Below are positions 21,394 through 30,879 of a stretch of 64,000 nucleotides of DNA, in pieces. Both the position numbers and the translations under genes were made by a program. The notes below the pieces were generated by a model that was not told the DNA's origin, did no database searches, and was given only the letters and a program-made list of their open reading frames with translations. Every line of letters starts with the position of its first letter. Position 1 is the first letter of the stretch. Location of the stretch: the NCBI GenBank assembly GCA_977017575.1, contig CDRNVI010000034.1:62001-126000 (forward strand), given 5' to 3'. The DNA is from Paramoeba atlantica. Taxonomy: Eukaryota; Protista; Discosea.

Positions 21394-21987
21394 AAACCAA
21401 GATAAATGGGGTGGAAGGTTTACGAGATCAATCTCACCTCTAAGTTTGTTGTTGGATACGGAGAATCGGATGAGTGATCTCGGCAGCACGTCCCACTGAA
21501 TCGTGCCTCGTAATTTACGACTCTCTGGATCAAACGCGGTGATTTTGTTTTCATAAGCCTGAACCCCTTCCCATATATCGGCTGTCATGGATGTGTTCCA
21601 AGAGGGAAGGTGATTCTCAATGGTACGTACCATACGCTCGAGACCGTACTCCAGGGGTAGGAGCACACTTCTGACTCTCCCCGCTTTTGCATCCCCACTA
21701 CTCGTATCGGAACAAATAAGAACGTTTGAAGAAGCTTGGCCACATGGCAACTGCAAAAAGCACATGTTGAACTATTTTGAAAAATTATGAAAAAAGAGTT
21801 CGAAGGAGTCCGCTTTAAGGGCTATGCGCCTGAATAAAGATAGATCTTGGAAAGTATAGGCGTATGAATATTTAGTTTCTTCAACATGGTACATTAGAAT
21901 GTAAACATCGGATTATCTATTTCTAACCGCGATCCTTTCGCATTAGAAAAATGTAAGTCACTAGAAGAATGTACATCACTTCATGAC

Positions 21988-24900
21988 TTACTGTGACAAG
22001 ACCCTTCTGGCTTCCTTCATTTCAGATAAAACAGTAGGAGAAAAGATATTTTCTGTGTTTCCTGGCATGGAGGAACGCTCCAAGTAACTGGCACGTCGCG
22101 TGGGCTTCAGAGTCTTGTCCAATATATTTACTGTTTGTTTTTTCTCTGCCGGACGAAGCTCGGGGTTCGATAGTGCGAGAGAGGAACTTATTGTGTCCGA
22201 CAGCGCGCAAAGCCGTTTGCTTTCATCCGACGTGAGTTCAGCTTGAATGACCCAATACTCTTTTCGATCCAGCCCTTGTGCGACAGCATCCTGTGATACA
22301 AATTTCGAATCTTGTTTTATCTTTTCTTCACTCCTAATCTGAAGTTTGCATGAGAGATAGACTCCATGAAAAGTACCACCGGTTGTGGTCACGAGAAGTG
22401 GACCACTTAATTCAGTTTTCAAAGACGAGGAAGAAGAAGATGAAGTAGACGAAGGTAGAGAAGAATCAAGCCCACTGGGAGCTTTACTTCTCACCGGTTC
22501 CAGCGACTGAGCCCATTCTAACTCTGTAAGGGGGGGCAATGGAAGATGCGCCCCATGGCCTGCGTTTTCCATCGAAGCATCATATGAATTTCGCATCTCG
22601 CCGTAGTAATCACAGAAGAAGCGCGCGTCAATATACGAATTTCGAATAAGGTAATCCATCGCCTCTGGGGGTAGCTGTATTACTCGGGAAGAGCCAAGGT
22701 AGGGAGCCAGGAGCTGAGCTCCAATGATGTTGAGCGTTCGCCCATCTTTTTGAGTGACTACACACACGGCTGCGGGCTTCTGTGCTCGTTTAATTGCAAG
22801 AGACATCGATTGAGCCTCGCGAGATTTTCTGTGCCCTCCGTTTTCGATGTTTTGCTGAAACCACGAAGCTTCTTTTGTCATGGCACTCCACGACCCGTCG
22901 TTGTTTTTACAAAACGTGTAATAGTGAAACAGATTCGGCAGCACTGTGAAGGGATAGAGGACTTGATTGGAAAAAGCTTCGTCGAACGTAGAAGCGGGGC
23001 ACTTGTCTGGGAAAGGGCGTTCCAAGACTTGCTCTTCTGGCGTTGTGGAAGGCGCTACTTTCTGAAACAGTGCAAAAAAGAATCCCGTTTTAAAGGAACG
23101 ATTCTCATGGGGAAGAAGCCGTGCGCACTGCTCGAGATTATCGCTCGCTGAGCAAAATAATTCTGTAAAATTCGAAATCGTACGCAATGGGGAATCCCAC
23201 GCAACCTCTTCAATTGCGGACACAAATCGTTTAAGATGACCCCTGTGTTTATCCGATTCGGTTCGGTTTTCAGCGTAATGTGGCACACACCAGCGACGCA
23301 GCCCCGGACGAAGGCAAACCCCCGAGAAAGAGCTCGGAAGATTTACGTGCCTTAGCTCTACAGAGCCAGCATACTCCCGCAACACAGAGGCCACCACAGC
23401 CTCATTCTCCACAGGGTTGAGACTGCAAGTGGAGTACAGTACACTCCCCCCTACATGGACCAGTCGTAGTGCGCGAGATAAGATTGCGCGCTGGGTGTTA
23501 AAAAGGGTTACCCCCTCGAACGGTCGCCACGTGGCGTTAAGATGAACATCATGACCCATGCGCCCGTCTCCGGAACAAGGGACATCGGCGAGAACGAAAT
23601 CAAAAAACGAACCGCTCGGTTCTACGGTTTGTGACAACGTGAGGGGGTTAGAACTCCACCGGTCGTGTTGTGGGACAACATTGTTGCCTAACACTGTAAT
23701 GTCTTTTGATGCCGTTTTCTCCTCCCCTCTCTCCTCCTCTGGCTGCACACGAACCAGTGGAAAATGCTGTGCGTCATACTGCGTAAGCAGCACTTGAGGA
23801 AACGGAGCTAACGATAACCGTTTCTCCAGATCCCCCCTGCGTGGGCTGTTTTTATCATTCACCACCAGCACCCCTCGCCTTCCGAGGCACTCCGCGAGAC
23901 GCAGTGCTTTATTCCCCGGAGCCGCACATAAGTCCAACACGAAACTCCCGGGTCGGATTCGCGCCCCCAAAAGTGCCGTAGCCAACACCGAACTTAAGGA
24001 TTGAATCCCTAAAAGGTGATGGGTGTGAAGTCGATAGAGCCAACTTTTCATCAAAGGCTCATAGGCAACAAAAACCTCACGTGGAAGATGCGCAAGACAG
24101 GCCTTTTTATTATTTCCCAAGTTTGTTGAATGGATGGAACCCTTCGCATCCCCTACACTCTCAGAGGGTTGTGGCCATCTCCCCATCCTTTGTAGTTTTC
24201 CCTCTAATCCATTCATTGGAGCCTTCCCCTCCTTGGCCTCAAAGGAAGACGCGTAATATTTATTACGCTGCTGCAACTGCAGAAGTGCGGTGCGTAGCCT
24301 TTTCCAATACGGCCACGCGGTGTGGAGCCGTGCCGTTAGGGGGGCATTGAGGTCAATGGGATTTTCAGAACTTCTGTTCTGAACAAAAGAAGAGGTTGTT
24401 GTTGCTGTTGTTGTTTCAGATAGGTAAGCTTGATAGGCAGCTACATCCGCAGCGCTGTGGAGTACGCCTTGCCGGTGGTAGTAGGCGAGGAGCGTATGGC
24501 TGCGATGGGAGGGGAGAGGGAAGGAGAGAGACACGAGATGGGGGGGATAGGGGTGGGAGATTTGAAATTCATGGGAAAGTGTTTTTAGCATGTCGGCGGC
24601 CGTGGTCGTGTCGGGGCTTTGGGGGGAGATCGTAGGGGATTCGGGAAGCAGAGGGGGGAGTTCGGTGGAGGTGGTTCGGTTCGTTTTGGAGCGCAGCTCG
24701 GCGGGGAGGACGGGAAAAAGGGTGCGGGCGAGGAGAAAGGGGTGAATCCCACAACGAAGGGCGAGTTGGTAGTGCTCCACCCCAAGAGGGAATGCAGCTT
24801 CGTTTTTGCAGTAGTGCATAATGCGAAGAGCGTTGTGCCACTGCCGGGTTCGACGTGCGGCAAGAAGAACTGTACTTAGCGTTGCGGGAGTAAGGCGACC

Positions 24901-24999
24901 TTTCGCGTCGTACATTCGAATTTGCCGATGAAGCGACAGAGGGGAGGGGGTGCCGAGGAGGTCGTGCGCCATTTGCTGAATTCGACCGTAAACGTTCAT
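21988..24999 (-). CDS. NSUN2/Trm4-like RNA m5C methyltransferase (RsmB/NOP2 family)
   Basis: VLDLCAAPGNKA, FDFVLADVPCSGDG, LYSTCSLNPVENEAVV (both catalytic Cys), RLLPHE..TGFFFALF. Confidence 0.92.
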   Translation of the reverse strand: MNVYGRIQQMAHDLLGTPSPLSLHRQIRMYDAKGRLTPATLSTVLLAARRTRQWHNALRIMHYCKNEAAFPLGVEHYQLALRCGIHPFLLARTLFPVLPAELRSKTNRTTSTELPPLLPESPTISPQSPDTTTAADMLKTLSHEFQISHPYPPHLVSLSFPLPSHRSHTLLAYYHRQGVLHSAADVAAYQAYLSETTTATTTSSFVQNRSSENPIDLNAPLTARLHTAWPYWKRLRTALLQLQQRNKYYASSFEAKEGKAPMNGLEGKLQRMGRWPQPSESVGDAKGSIHSTNLGNNKKACLAHLPREVFVAYEPLMKSWLYRLHTHHLLGIQSLSSVLATALLGARIRPGSFVLDLCAAPGNKALRLAECLGRRGVLVVNDKNSPRRGDLEKRLSLAPFPQVLLTQYDAQHFPLVRVQPEEERGEEKTASKDITVLGNNVVPQHDRWSSNPLTLSQTVEPSGSFFDFVLADVPCSGDGRMGHDVHLNATWRPFEGVTLFNTQRAILSRALRLVHVGGSVLYSTCSLNPVENEAVVASVLREYAGSVELRHVNLPSSFSGVCLRPGLRRWCVPHYAENRTESDKHRGHLKRFVSAIEEVAWDSPLRTISNFTELFCSASDNLEQCARLLPHENRSFKTGFFFALFQKVAPSTTPEEQVLERPFPDKCPASTFDEAFSNQVLYPFTVLPNLFHYYTFCKNNDGSWSAMTKEASWFQQNIENGGHRKSREAQSMSLAIKRAQKPAAVCVVTQKDGRTLNIIGAQLLAPYLGSSRVIQLPPEAMDYLIRNSYIDARFFCDYYGEMRNSYDASMENAGHGAHLPLPPLTELEWAQSLEPVRSKAPSGLDSSLPSSTSSSSSSSLKTELSGPLLVTTTGGTFHGVYLSCKLQIRSEEKIKQDSKFVSQDAVAQGLDRKEYWVIQAELTSDESKRLCALSDTISSSLALSNPELRPAEKKQTVNILDKTLKPTRRASYLERSSMPGNTENIFSPTVLSEMKEARRVLSQ

Positions 25000-25334
25000 T
25001 TTAGTCTATCTTGGTTGAGAAAAACTGGAAAAGGGAAAAACACTATTCTTAACGATCATGCATAATTGTGGCGCTAGGCCTGTATGTCAAGGCTTCATCG
25101 AGTTACAAAAATTAAGAAGAGTGCGCTTCGCATCAAACTGCAATATGAATACTTTACATGTTGTTTTAATCGAAGAAAAAAATATGCGATATTCAATAGT
25201 GATAACCGAAAACATATGAGCGGAGCCGATAAAAAAGTAGCTCCGCGTCAAAAAGTGCGCTGAGCGCCGAGACGTCCATACATGTACCTACGGGTCAAGG
25301 TCCTTTGCTCAAGTTCGGTGTAAGCCGTTTTAAC

Positions 25335-26171
25335 TTACTCTCTTTCTGAAATCTGTGGACGTAGCTTTGCACAAGATGGACCAGTACCAATAAATTCTTC
25401 GAAGAAATTACCAGTGAGATCAAAATATACAAGAGTAGGAGAAACCAATCTTAAGTCCACAATACCAGAAAACCGATTGTTTTCGATCCAAAAGTGTTCT
25501 AGCGCATCCGGCAAAGATCCAAGATCGATAGAACCTTCAAAAATGTTATCGGAAAGCACAAGATGGCGCAACTTAGGAGGAAGCTTGGTAAGCTCCACGG
25601 TCCCTGAAAATGCATTCTCATGGAGAGACAAAACTTCGAGTGTTAGGGGTAGTTGTGTTAAATCGATTTCCTCCGATAGCTTGTTTTGATATAAATGGCA
25701 TTTTTTCAGATGCGACGGAAGTCGAGTCAAATCGATGGGCCCGGAAAATAGATTCATGGCGAGTGCTATCAGCTCCATGCTCTCCGGAAAATTTTCTAAA
25801 GGAATGTTCCCTGAAAGAGAAGTAGATTTAATAACTATTTCCTCGAAATAAAGAAATGATGATAACGTTGCAAAGTTCAGCTCACCACCAATGTTAAGCT
25901 TGTGCCAGGTCAAACCCTGTATTTCTTTGTTCTTGCATCGCACGCCGTTCCATTCGCAAGCAGGGTTAGATAAATTCCATGATGGGAGAGGATTTTCAAC
26001 CTTTGCTACGAGTCGCTCAAGATAGTATTCAAGAGGAAGTAGGGCTCCACTTACTTTTGAAGGTCTGGTGGATTTCGCATATTCATCTGCACAACGGATG
26101 CGCTTTTGCGTAGATAGAAGTGGGTTTAAGAAAGTCATACGAAAAAATACCCTAGGAAGTCTGTAGCACAT
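25335..26171 (-). CDS. Short LRR-family protein
   Basis: ADEYAKSTRPSKV..LPLEYYLERL..PSWNLSNPACEWNGVRC, followed by about 7 LRRs. Confidence 0.9.
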   Translation of the reverse strand: MCYRLPRVFFRMTFLNPLLSTQKRIRCADEYAKSTRPSKVSGALLPLEYYLERLVAKVENPLPSWNLSNPACEWNGVRCKNKEIQGLTWHKLNIGGELNFATLSSFLYFEEIVIKSTSLSGNIPLENFPESMELIALAMNLFSGPIDLTRLPSHLKKCHLYQNKLSEEIDLTQLPLTLEVLSLHENAFSGTVELTKLPPKLRHLVLSDNIFEGSIDLGSLPDALEHFWIENNRFSGIVDLRLVSPTLVYFDLTGNFFEEFIGTGPSCAKLRPQISERE

Positions 26172-26451
26172 ACATACCTGTACAACTACATTGTATTCGA
26201 CGAAATATTAAGAAAAATGTACAATGAAGTACATTGAAGGTATAGTGCGGATAAGGTATCTATGAAAAAGCGAAACCTAAGATAATCAATACCTATCATG
26301 ACTATATACTCTTTTCGTATCATCAAAGCTCTATTGAGAATAATAAAGAAAAGAGGAATAATACTGACATTTGGTCTTTTGTGAGGAAAAGCATTTTGCG
26401 AGGTTGTACAAACGTCGGACACTCCAAGAATGTCTCCGCAGACTCATACCC

Positions 26452-27564
26452 TCATCTATTCGAGGACACACCCTCTTTTTTCTGTGATGCCATCTTACTC
26501 ACTAATTCTGCCCTCTTCGCGCTACGTATCGAGGATTCTGCCACCTGCAGCGTGCGCCTCAGACAAAGTAGCGAAAGTGCGCATGCAGAGAACCAAAAAA
26601 TCGAATAGAACAAGTGACCATTGGGCGTGACATAGTACTCCGGTAGTTGTGTCTCGGACGCACGCTTCGGAAAGATTTCCCCGTTCACCACCACCCGCGC
26701 AATATCCTCCTCCTCCGGAATACGAATATAATACCTTCGTAAGGGGTGCGGAAACACAGACGTCTTTCCTCCTCCCCCCATTTTCATTTCCCCACCATCC
26801 TTTCCCCCCCTCTCCCCACCACTCTTTTCCTCCCCCTCCTCTTCCTCCCTTACCCCTCCCGTGGTGGAGCGCTGTTGTCGGCTCCACGTTTGGAACTTCC
26901 TACAGTACCCCGCGGCCATCTCATACGGCCGAAACAACGACCAGGCCCGTCCCATCGGAGCTCGATGGGCCGGGGGGTTGCGCCCGCCCCACCACGAGGA
27001 GGCGTCCTCCTCATACCGCACACTCCCACGCAGCCGGGTGGACCGGTTTGTGGTGGTGCGGAGGTATTTTTGGAGGAACACCCCCCCCTTGAAGGCGTCG
27101 ATCGGGACCCACCCGAGATCAACCATCACCAGCGAGCCGTCAGGGTCGCAGTGAAACGGACACAGCGCGTGGAACCCCCCGCGGTCCTCTCCCCAGGAGG
27201 GGGAACCGACTCGGGGAGTCGTATTGTTAGGATTCGAAGGCGTAGGACTACTGCTACTCGTACTACTGCCTTTGTGTAAACCCGTAGAGGCGTTCCCGAC
27301 ACGGATGGCATCCGCTGGGGCACTACGGGGTCCCACCAGGACGGTTTCGTTAAAGTCGAAACAGCCGTGGAGGGCGACGGGCTGGAATAAGGAGGGGACG
27401 GCGGACCCGGGGGGTGGGAGGGTGTCCAGGGGGGTGGAATGGACGTTGTCCTGGAGGGAGAGGATGTGTTGCTTCCATTGACGACGGAATAGCTGCCACA
27501 CCCCCGCGTTGAAACACAGTACCCCGGAGCCAGCGAAGGCAAAGACGGTGCCGCGAAGGCCCAT
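26452..27564 (-). CDS. SURF1: SURF1/Shy1 cytochrome c oxidase assembly factor
   Basis: N-terminal TM with GVWQ..RR.WK, then GPRS, MVDLGWVP, GSVRYEE, and C-terminal GHLFYSIFWFS plus TM. Confidence 0.85.
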   Translation of the reverse strand: MGLRGTVFAFAGSGVLCFNAGVWQLFRRQWKQHILSLQDNVHSTPLDTLPPPGSAVPSLFQPVALHGCFDFNETVLVGPRSAPADAIRVGNASTGLHKGSSTSSSSPTPSNPNNTTPRVGSPSWGEDRGGFHALCPFHCDPDGSLVMVDLGWVPIDAFKGGVFLQKYLRTTTNRSTRLRGSVRYEEDASSWWGGRNPPAHRAPMGRAWSLFRPYEMAAGYCRKFQTWSRQQRSTTGGVREEEEGEEKSGGERGGKDGGEMKMGGGGKTSVFPHPLRRYYIRIPEEEDIARVVVNGEIFPKRASETQLPEYYVTPNGHLFYSIFWFSACALSLLCLRRTLQVAESSIRSAKRAELVSKMASQKKEGVSSNR

Positions 27565-27739
27565 GGTGGGGGGAAAGAGGGAGAGAGGGGAGAAAAAAAG
27601 GGGTTCCTAGGGAGGGGATTTAGAAAAGAGTGGTGGTGGAGAGGAGTGGCTTGGGGTGAGTGGAAGGGGGCTGATCCACTTCCTTGATTTATCGTCCAAG
27701 AATACTCTCCCTTTCACAATTCTTTATAAATATAAATTA

Positions 27740-28845
27740 CCGTGCGCGTAAAAATTAAGGGTAATTATAATCATTGCAGCAAAAATTAGTACAATATTAA
27801 TTAGTGCAGAAAATTGTTCTTAAAAACGCTCTGCACTAATTAGAGGGTTGAAACTAGAGAAACAATCAAGTTGACGATGATGCCGTATCTGAGGATAGCT
27901 GTTTGCAGATGACATAAGCAATACAAAGATCATGGTCAATACTATGATCCTCGAAAGCGTGGTAAAATTATTGTACTAGATCAGAATATTTTGAAAGAAA
28001 TACTTGAAAAATTTCAAAAACTACGTCACTTAAGAGTCCAAATGCCCAAAATCGGCGGACTCTTAAGTAGGGGGGGGTACAGTACGATAGTATTTATAAT
28101 TAAGATTGTAAATTATAATTAAGATTATAAATTATAATTAAGATATCATTCAAATAAGGATATTTTCGACGAAAAAATCCTTAAAATCGTAAGTAAATAC
28201 TATCGTAATTGAATTCAGCACTGTATTGTTTTGTTTTTTTTCATTGTTCATGCCTTAAAGAGCACTCGCGTTCTTTCGGAGGAAAATTTTCGGAAGCCTC
28301 TGGTTCACCGCCCGGACAGACCAAAGTCACGCATAGAATGCTTCTTGGGGCGGTCTATAGTGAGACAGGGTCTTTTTCAGAGACTGACCATACTTTTCTT
28401 GTACATGAAGACGCGGTTAACCTATAGGTAGAACGTCACGAGAAGACAGGTGACGTACAGGATCCAGAAAGGAAGCAAACACGCAATTTGTGCTCTCCTG
28501 GCTTAGTGGAAGCAGACTTAAAGGTTGTTGATGAACCGGACCGAGATGTCCCACGTCCTTCCTGGAACTTTATTCTGCACAAGGTCCGTAAGGCGGGGTT
28601 CCAGTGTTCGAAATGGTCTTTGAAGCGTCTGTACCAAAAGAAATTGAAACTACATTTCTATTTTTAATTGTTATTTAATTGGTTAATGTATATAATTGGT
28701 TAATTGGGCTATTTTTAATTGGTGTCGGTCGAGAAAAGGACACTAATTTAAAGTACACCAATTTTTACGACACTAATTTATCTTTCAAACAACTACTTCA
28801 TGAATACAAGAAAAAATCGCATGGAAAAATAATAAATTGATACTT
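27740..28845 (+). mobile_element. Degenerate Tc1/mariner-like relic (HTH remnant) with a nested ~135-bp MITE at 28079-28212
   Basis: Starts TA|CCGTGCGCG. Remnant AVNL*VERHEKTGDVQD resembles a Tc1 N-terminus. Nested TIR CAGTACGATAGTATTTA / TAAATACTATCGTAATTG. Confidence 0.45.
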
Positions 28846-28848
28846 ATA

Positions 28849-29634
28849 CTGTACCCCTCCCGTTTATAATAGCCTCTTCAATGTTTCAGTTAAAATGGTA
28901 AGAAAATATTTGAAAGAAAAAAACCCACCCCACAGTACACAAGTTTGGGGGGCTATAGGTGTAGGCTGGAGACACCTAGTTGTTCTCGATAAGGACTCGT
29001 CCATCACGAGCATATCTTATGTAAAGACGTTGAAGAAAGTACAATTTCCACAGAATTGTATCTTTCAACAAGATGGGGATACAGCACACACTGCCCGAAC
29101 CTCTATGGAGTACATTACGGGTAGAATGAGTGATGTACTTAAAAATTGGCCCCCCAATTCACCTGACCTTTCCCCCATAGAAAACGCTTGGTCGATGGTC
29201 CAGGACGCGGTGGACGGAAAGACTCCATCGGATAAACCTTCACTTATCCGATGCATACGCAAAGCGTGGTCTCGTTTGCCACAAAAGGTGATCGATAAAA
29301 CTGTTTTGAGTTTTGATGCTCGCCTTAAGAAGTGTATAGAACTCAAAGGCGAAAAAGTGACAAAATGGTAATTGTAATCTAGAAACGCTAGTTGTTCTTT
29401 GTTTCAGCCCACTCTTAGGTGCGCAAAGTTCCTATGGTGAGATCTGCAAAATGCAACAAAAATGAGCTCAAACGGCCACTTGGCCGAAAAAAAAGTGGGG
29501 GGTGACTTTTCGTTGGGCGGGGTTTATTTAAGACGGTGGAAGAAAATTAAAAAAAATCTTCCTCGGTTTGCCAAAAAAAGAACCTATATAGGGGGGGAGG
29601 GGTCGAGGCTATTATAAACAGGGAGGGGGTACGG
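28849..29634 (+). mobile_element. Internally deleted Tc1 element retaining the C-terminal half of the DDE domain (ORF 28895-29371)
   Basis: TIRs TA|CTGTACCCCTCCCGTTTATAATAGCCTC ... GAGGCTATTATAAACAGGGAGGGGGTACGG|TA. Protein motifs VWGAI, FQQDGDTAH, WPPNSPDLSPIENAW. Confidence 0.88.
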
Positions 29635-29912
29635 TAGTTTTGAAAAAACCATTTTCGTTGTTCAAGAGATAATTGGGTGAAAGGGGACTTTTTTTGCCTC
29701 CGAAAAAAACTTGAAATTTTTTCATGGTGGTTTCTCAAACAAAATTTCAGTATTATCCAAGCGAGTGAATAAGCACCATATTTTTGCTACTTACACGACT
29801 CCGCTCTATCTTTTTTTTTTTGCACAGGCTGTAAAATGTATGACAGTATCACTTTTTGTAGTTGGGAACCTTGGATGACGTGCTGATAGAAGCCTGTACT
29901 GTACGATGTGAA

Positions 29913-30530
29913 TTAAGGAGTTCTTGTAATCCGCTGTTTAAGGAAGGTTTTTTCCAGGCTCAGAACCAGAACCAAGATAAGCTCGAATAAATTCTTTGGA
30001 AGAGAAGTCAGATCTGGTGTCCCAGTAAGATCATTCTGATGGACGTTAATAATTTCTAATCGTGCAGGAAGCATATTCAGACACACCTCGCCGCTAAATC
30101 TATTCCAGCACAAATAGACCCACTTCATGGTCTCTGGGAGTGCACTTAAGTCCAACGATCCAGTAAAATAATTTTTATGAAGACTTAGCGCAATTAGCTC
30201 GAACGGTAAATTATCTAAGAGTATCTCACCGGATAACTGGCTTTCTTCTACTTCAAATGTTGACAGAGTTTGTGGAAGGTAAGCTAGGTGCAGCGTTCCA
30301 AACAGATTCATTTCATTCCAACAAATATGAGATACCTGACCTTTTTCATTACATTTTACGTCACTCCAGCTGCACGCTGCCGTAGAAGTACACCAGGATG
30401 AATGTGGGGTCTTTACATCACTAATGAGTCGCGCAAGTTCGTATTCTTGAGGTAGATTCGCGAAGCCAACCTTTGCAGGACTAATCAGAGGTGCTCTTGG
30501 AACGTCTTTAGATCGAACGTATAAGTCCAT
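29913..30530 (-). CDS. Short LRR-family protein (C-terminus possibly frameshifted)
   Basis: First ATG at 30530. KVGFANLPQEYELARL..PHSSWCTSTAACSWSDVKC, followed by LRRs. The last 20 aa lose the LRR pattern. Confidence 0.8.
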   Translation of the reverse strand: MDLYVRSKDVPRAPLISPAKVGFANLPQEYELARLISDVKTPHSSWCTSTAACSWSDVKCNEKGQVSHICWNEMNLFGTLHLAYLPQTLSTFEVEESQLSGEILLDNLPFELIALSLHKNYFTGSLDLSALPETMKWVYLCWNRFSGEVCLNMLPARLEIINVHQNDLTGTPDLTSLPKNLFELILVLVLSLEKTFLKQRITRTP

Positions 30531-30879
30531 TTGACTAAAATACACAAGCTCGTATCTGAATATTCAGCATAACCCGGGGAACGGTATATTATTTAAATTG
30601 CTATTTAAATAATATAGTGTTATTTAAATAATATAGCGTTAAAGTTTCTATTTAAATAATATAGCGTTAACGCCAGAATATTTAAATAGGGGAAAAACGC
30701 AAGTAAAAATGTGGTCTTTAGAAGTACGTACGGTAGTTTAAGGGGCTTCTAAGTTGGTATAGAGCACTTAAAAAGTTGTAAAAAATGATTTTAGCCTACA
30801 ATTCTAGCTATTACCAAAGAATTCTAGGTATTTCCAAAGGAATTCCTCGACAAGTAGGCCCGCCATAGTGGGAAAATAA

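Larger units (their letters stand above)
19149..21765 (-). pseudogene. Short LRR-family gene split into three pieces (21394-21765, 20506-20643, 19149-19256) by two insertions
   Basis: The joined pieces read ..DLVNLPPHLSWF|TASYNKFSGIIDLCHLPSKLVSLILSANELSGHVTLTLLPSALVSL|KLRGNSELTGEVHVDLLPETLKCKAFEYTKIRVLS* with no internal stops. Confidence 0.85.
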
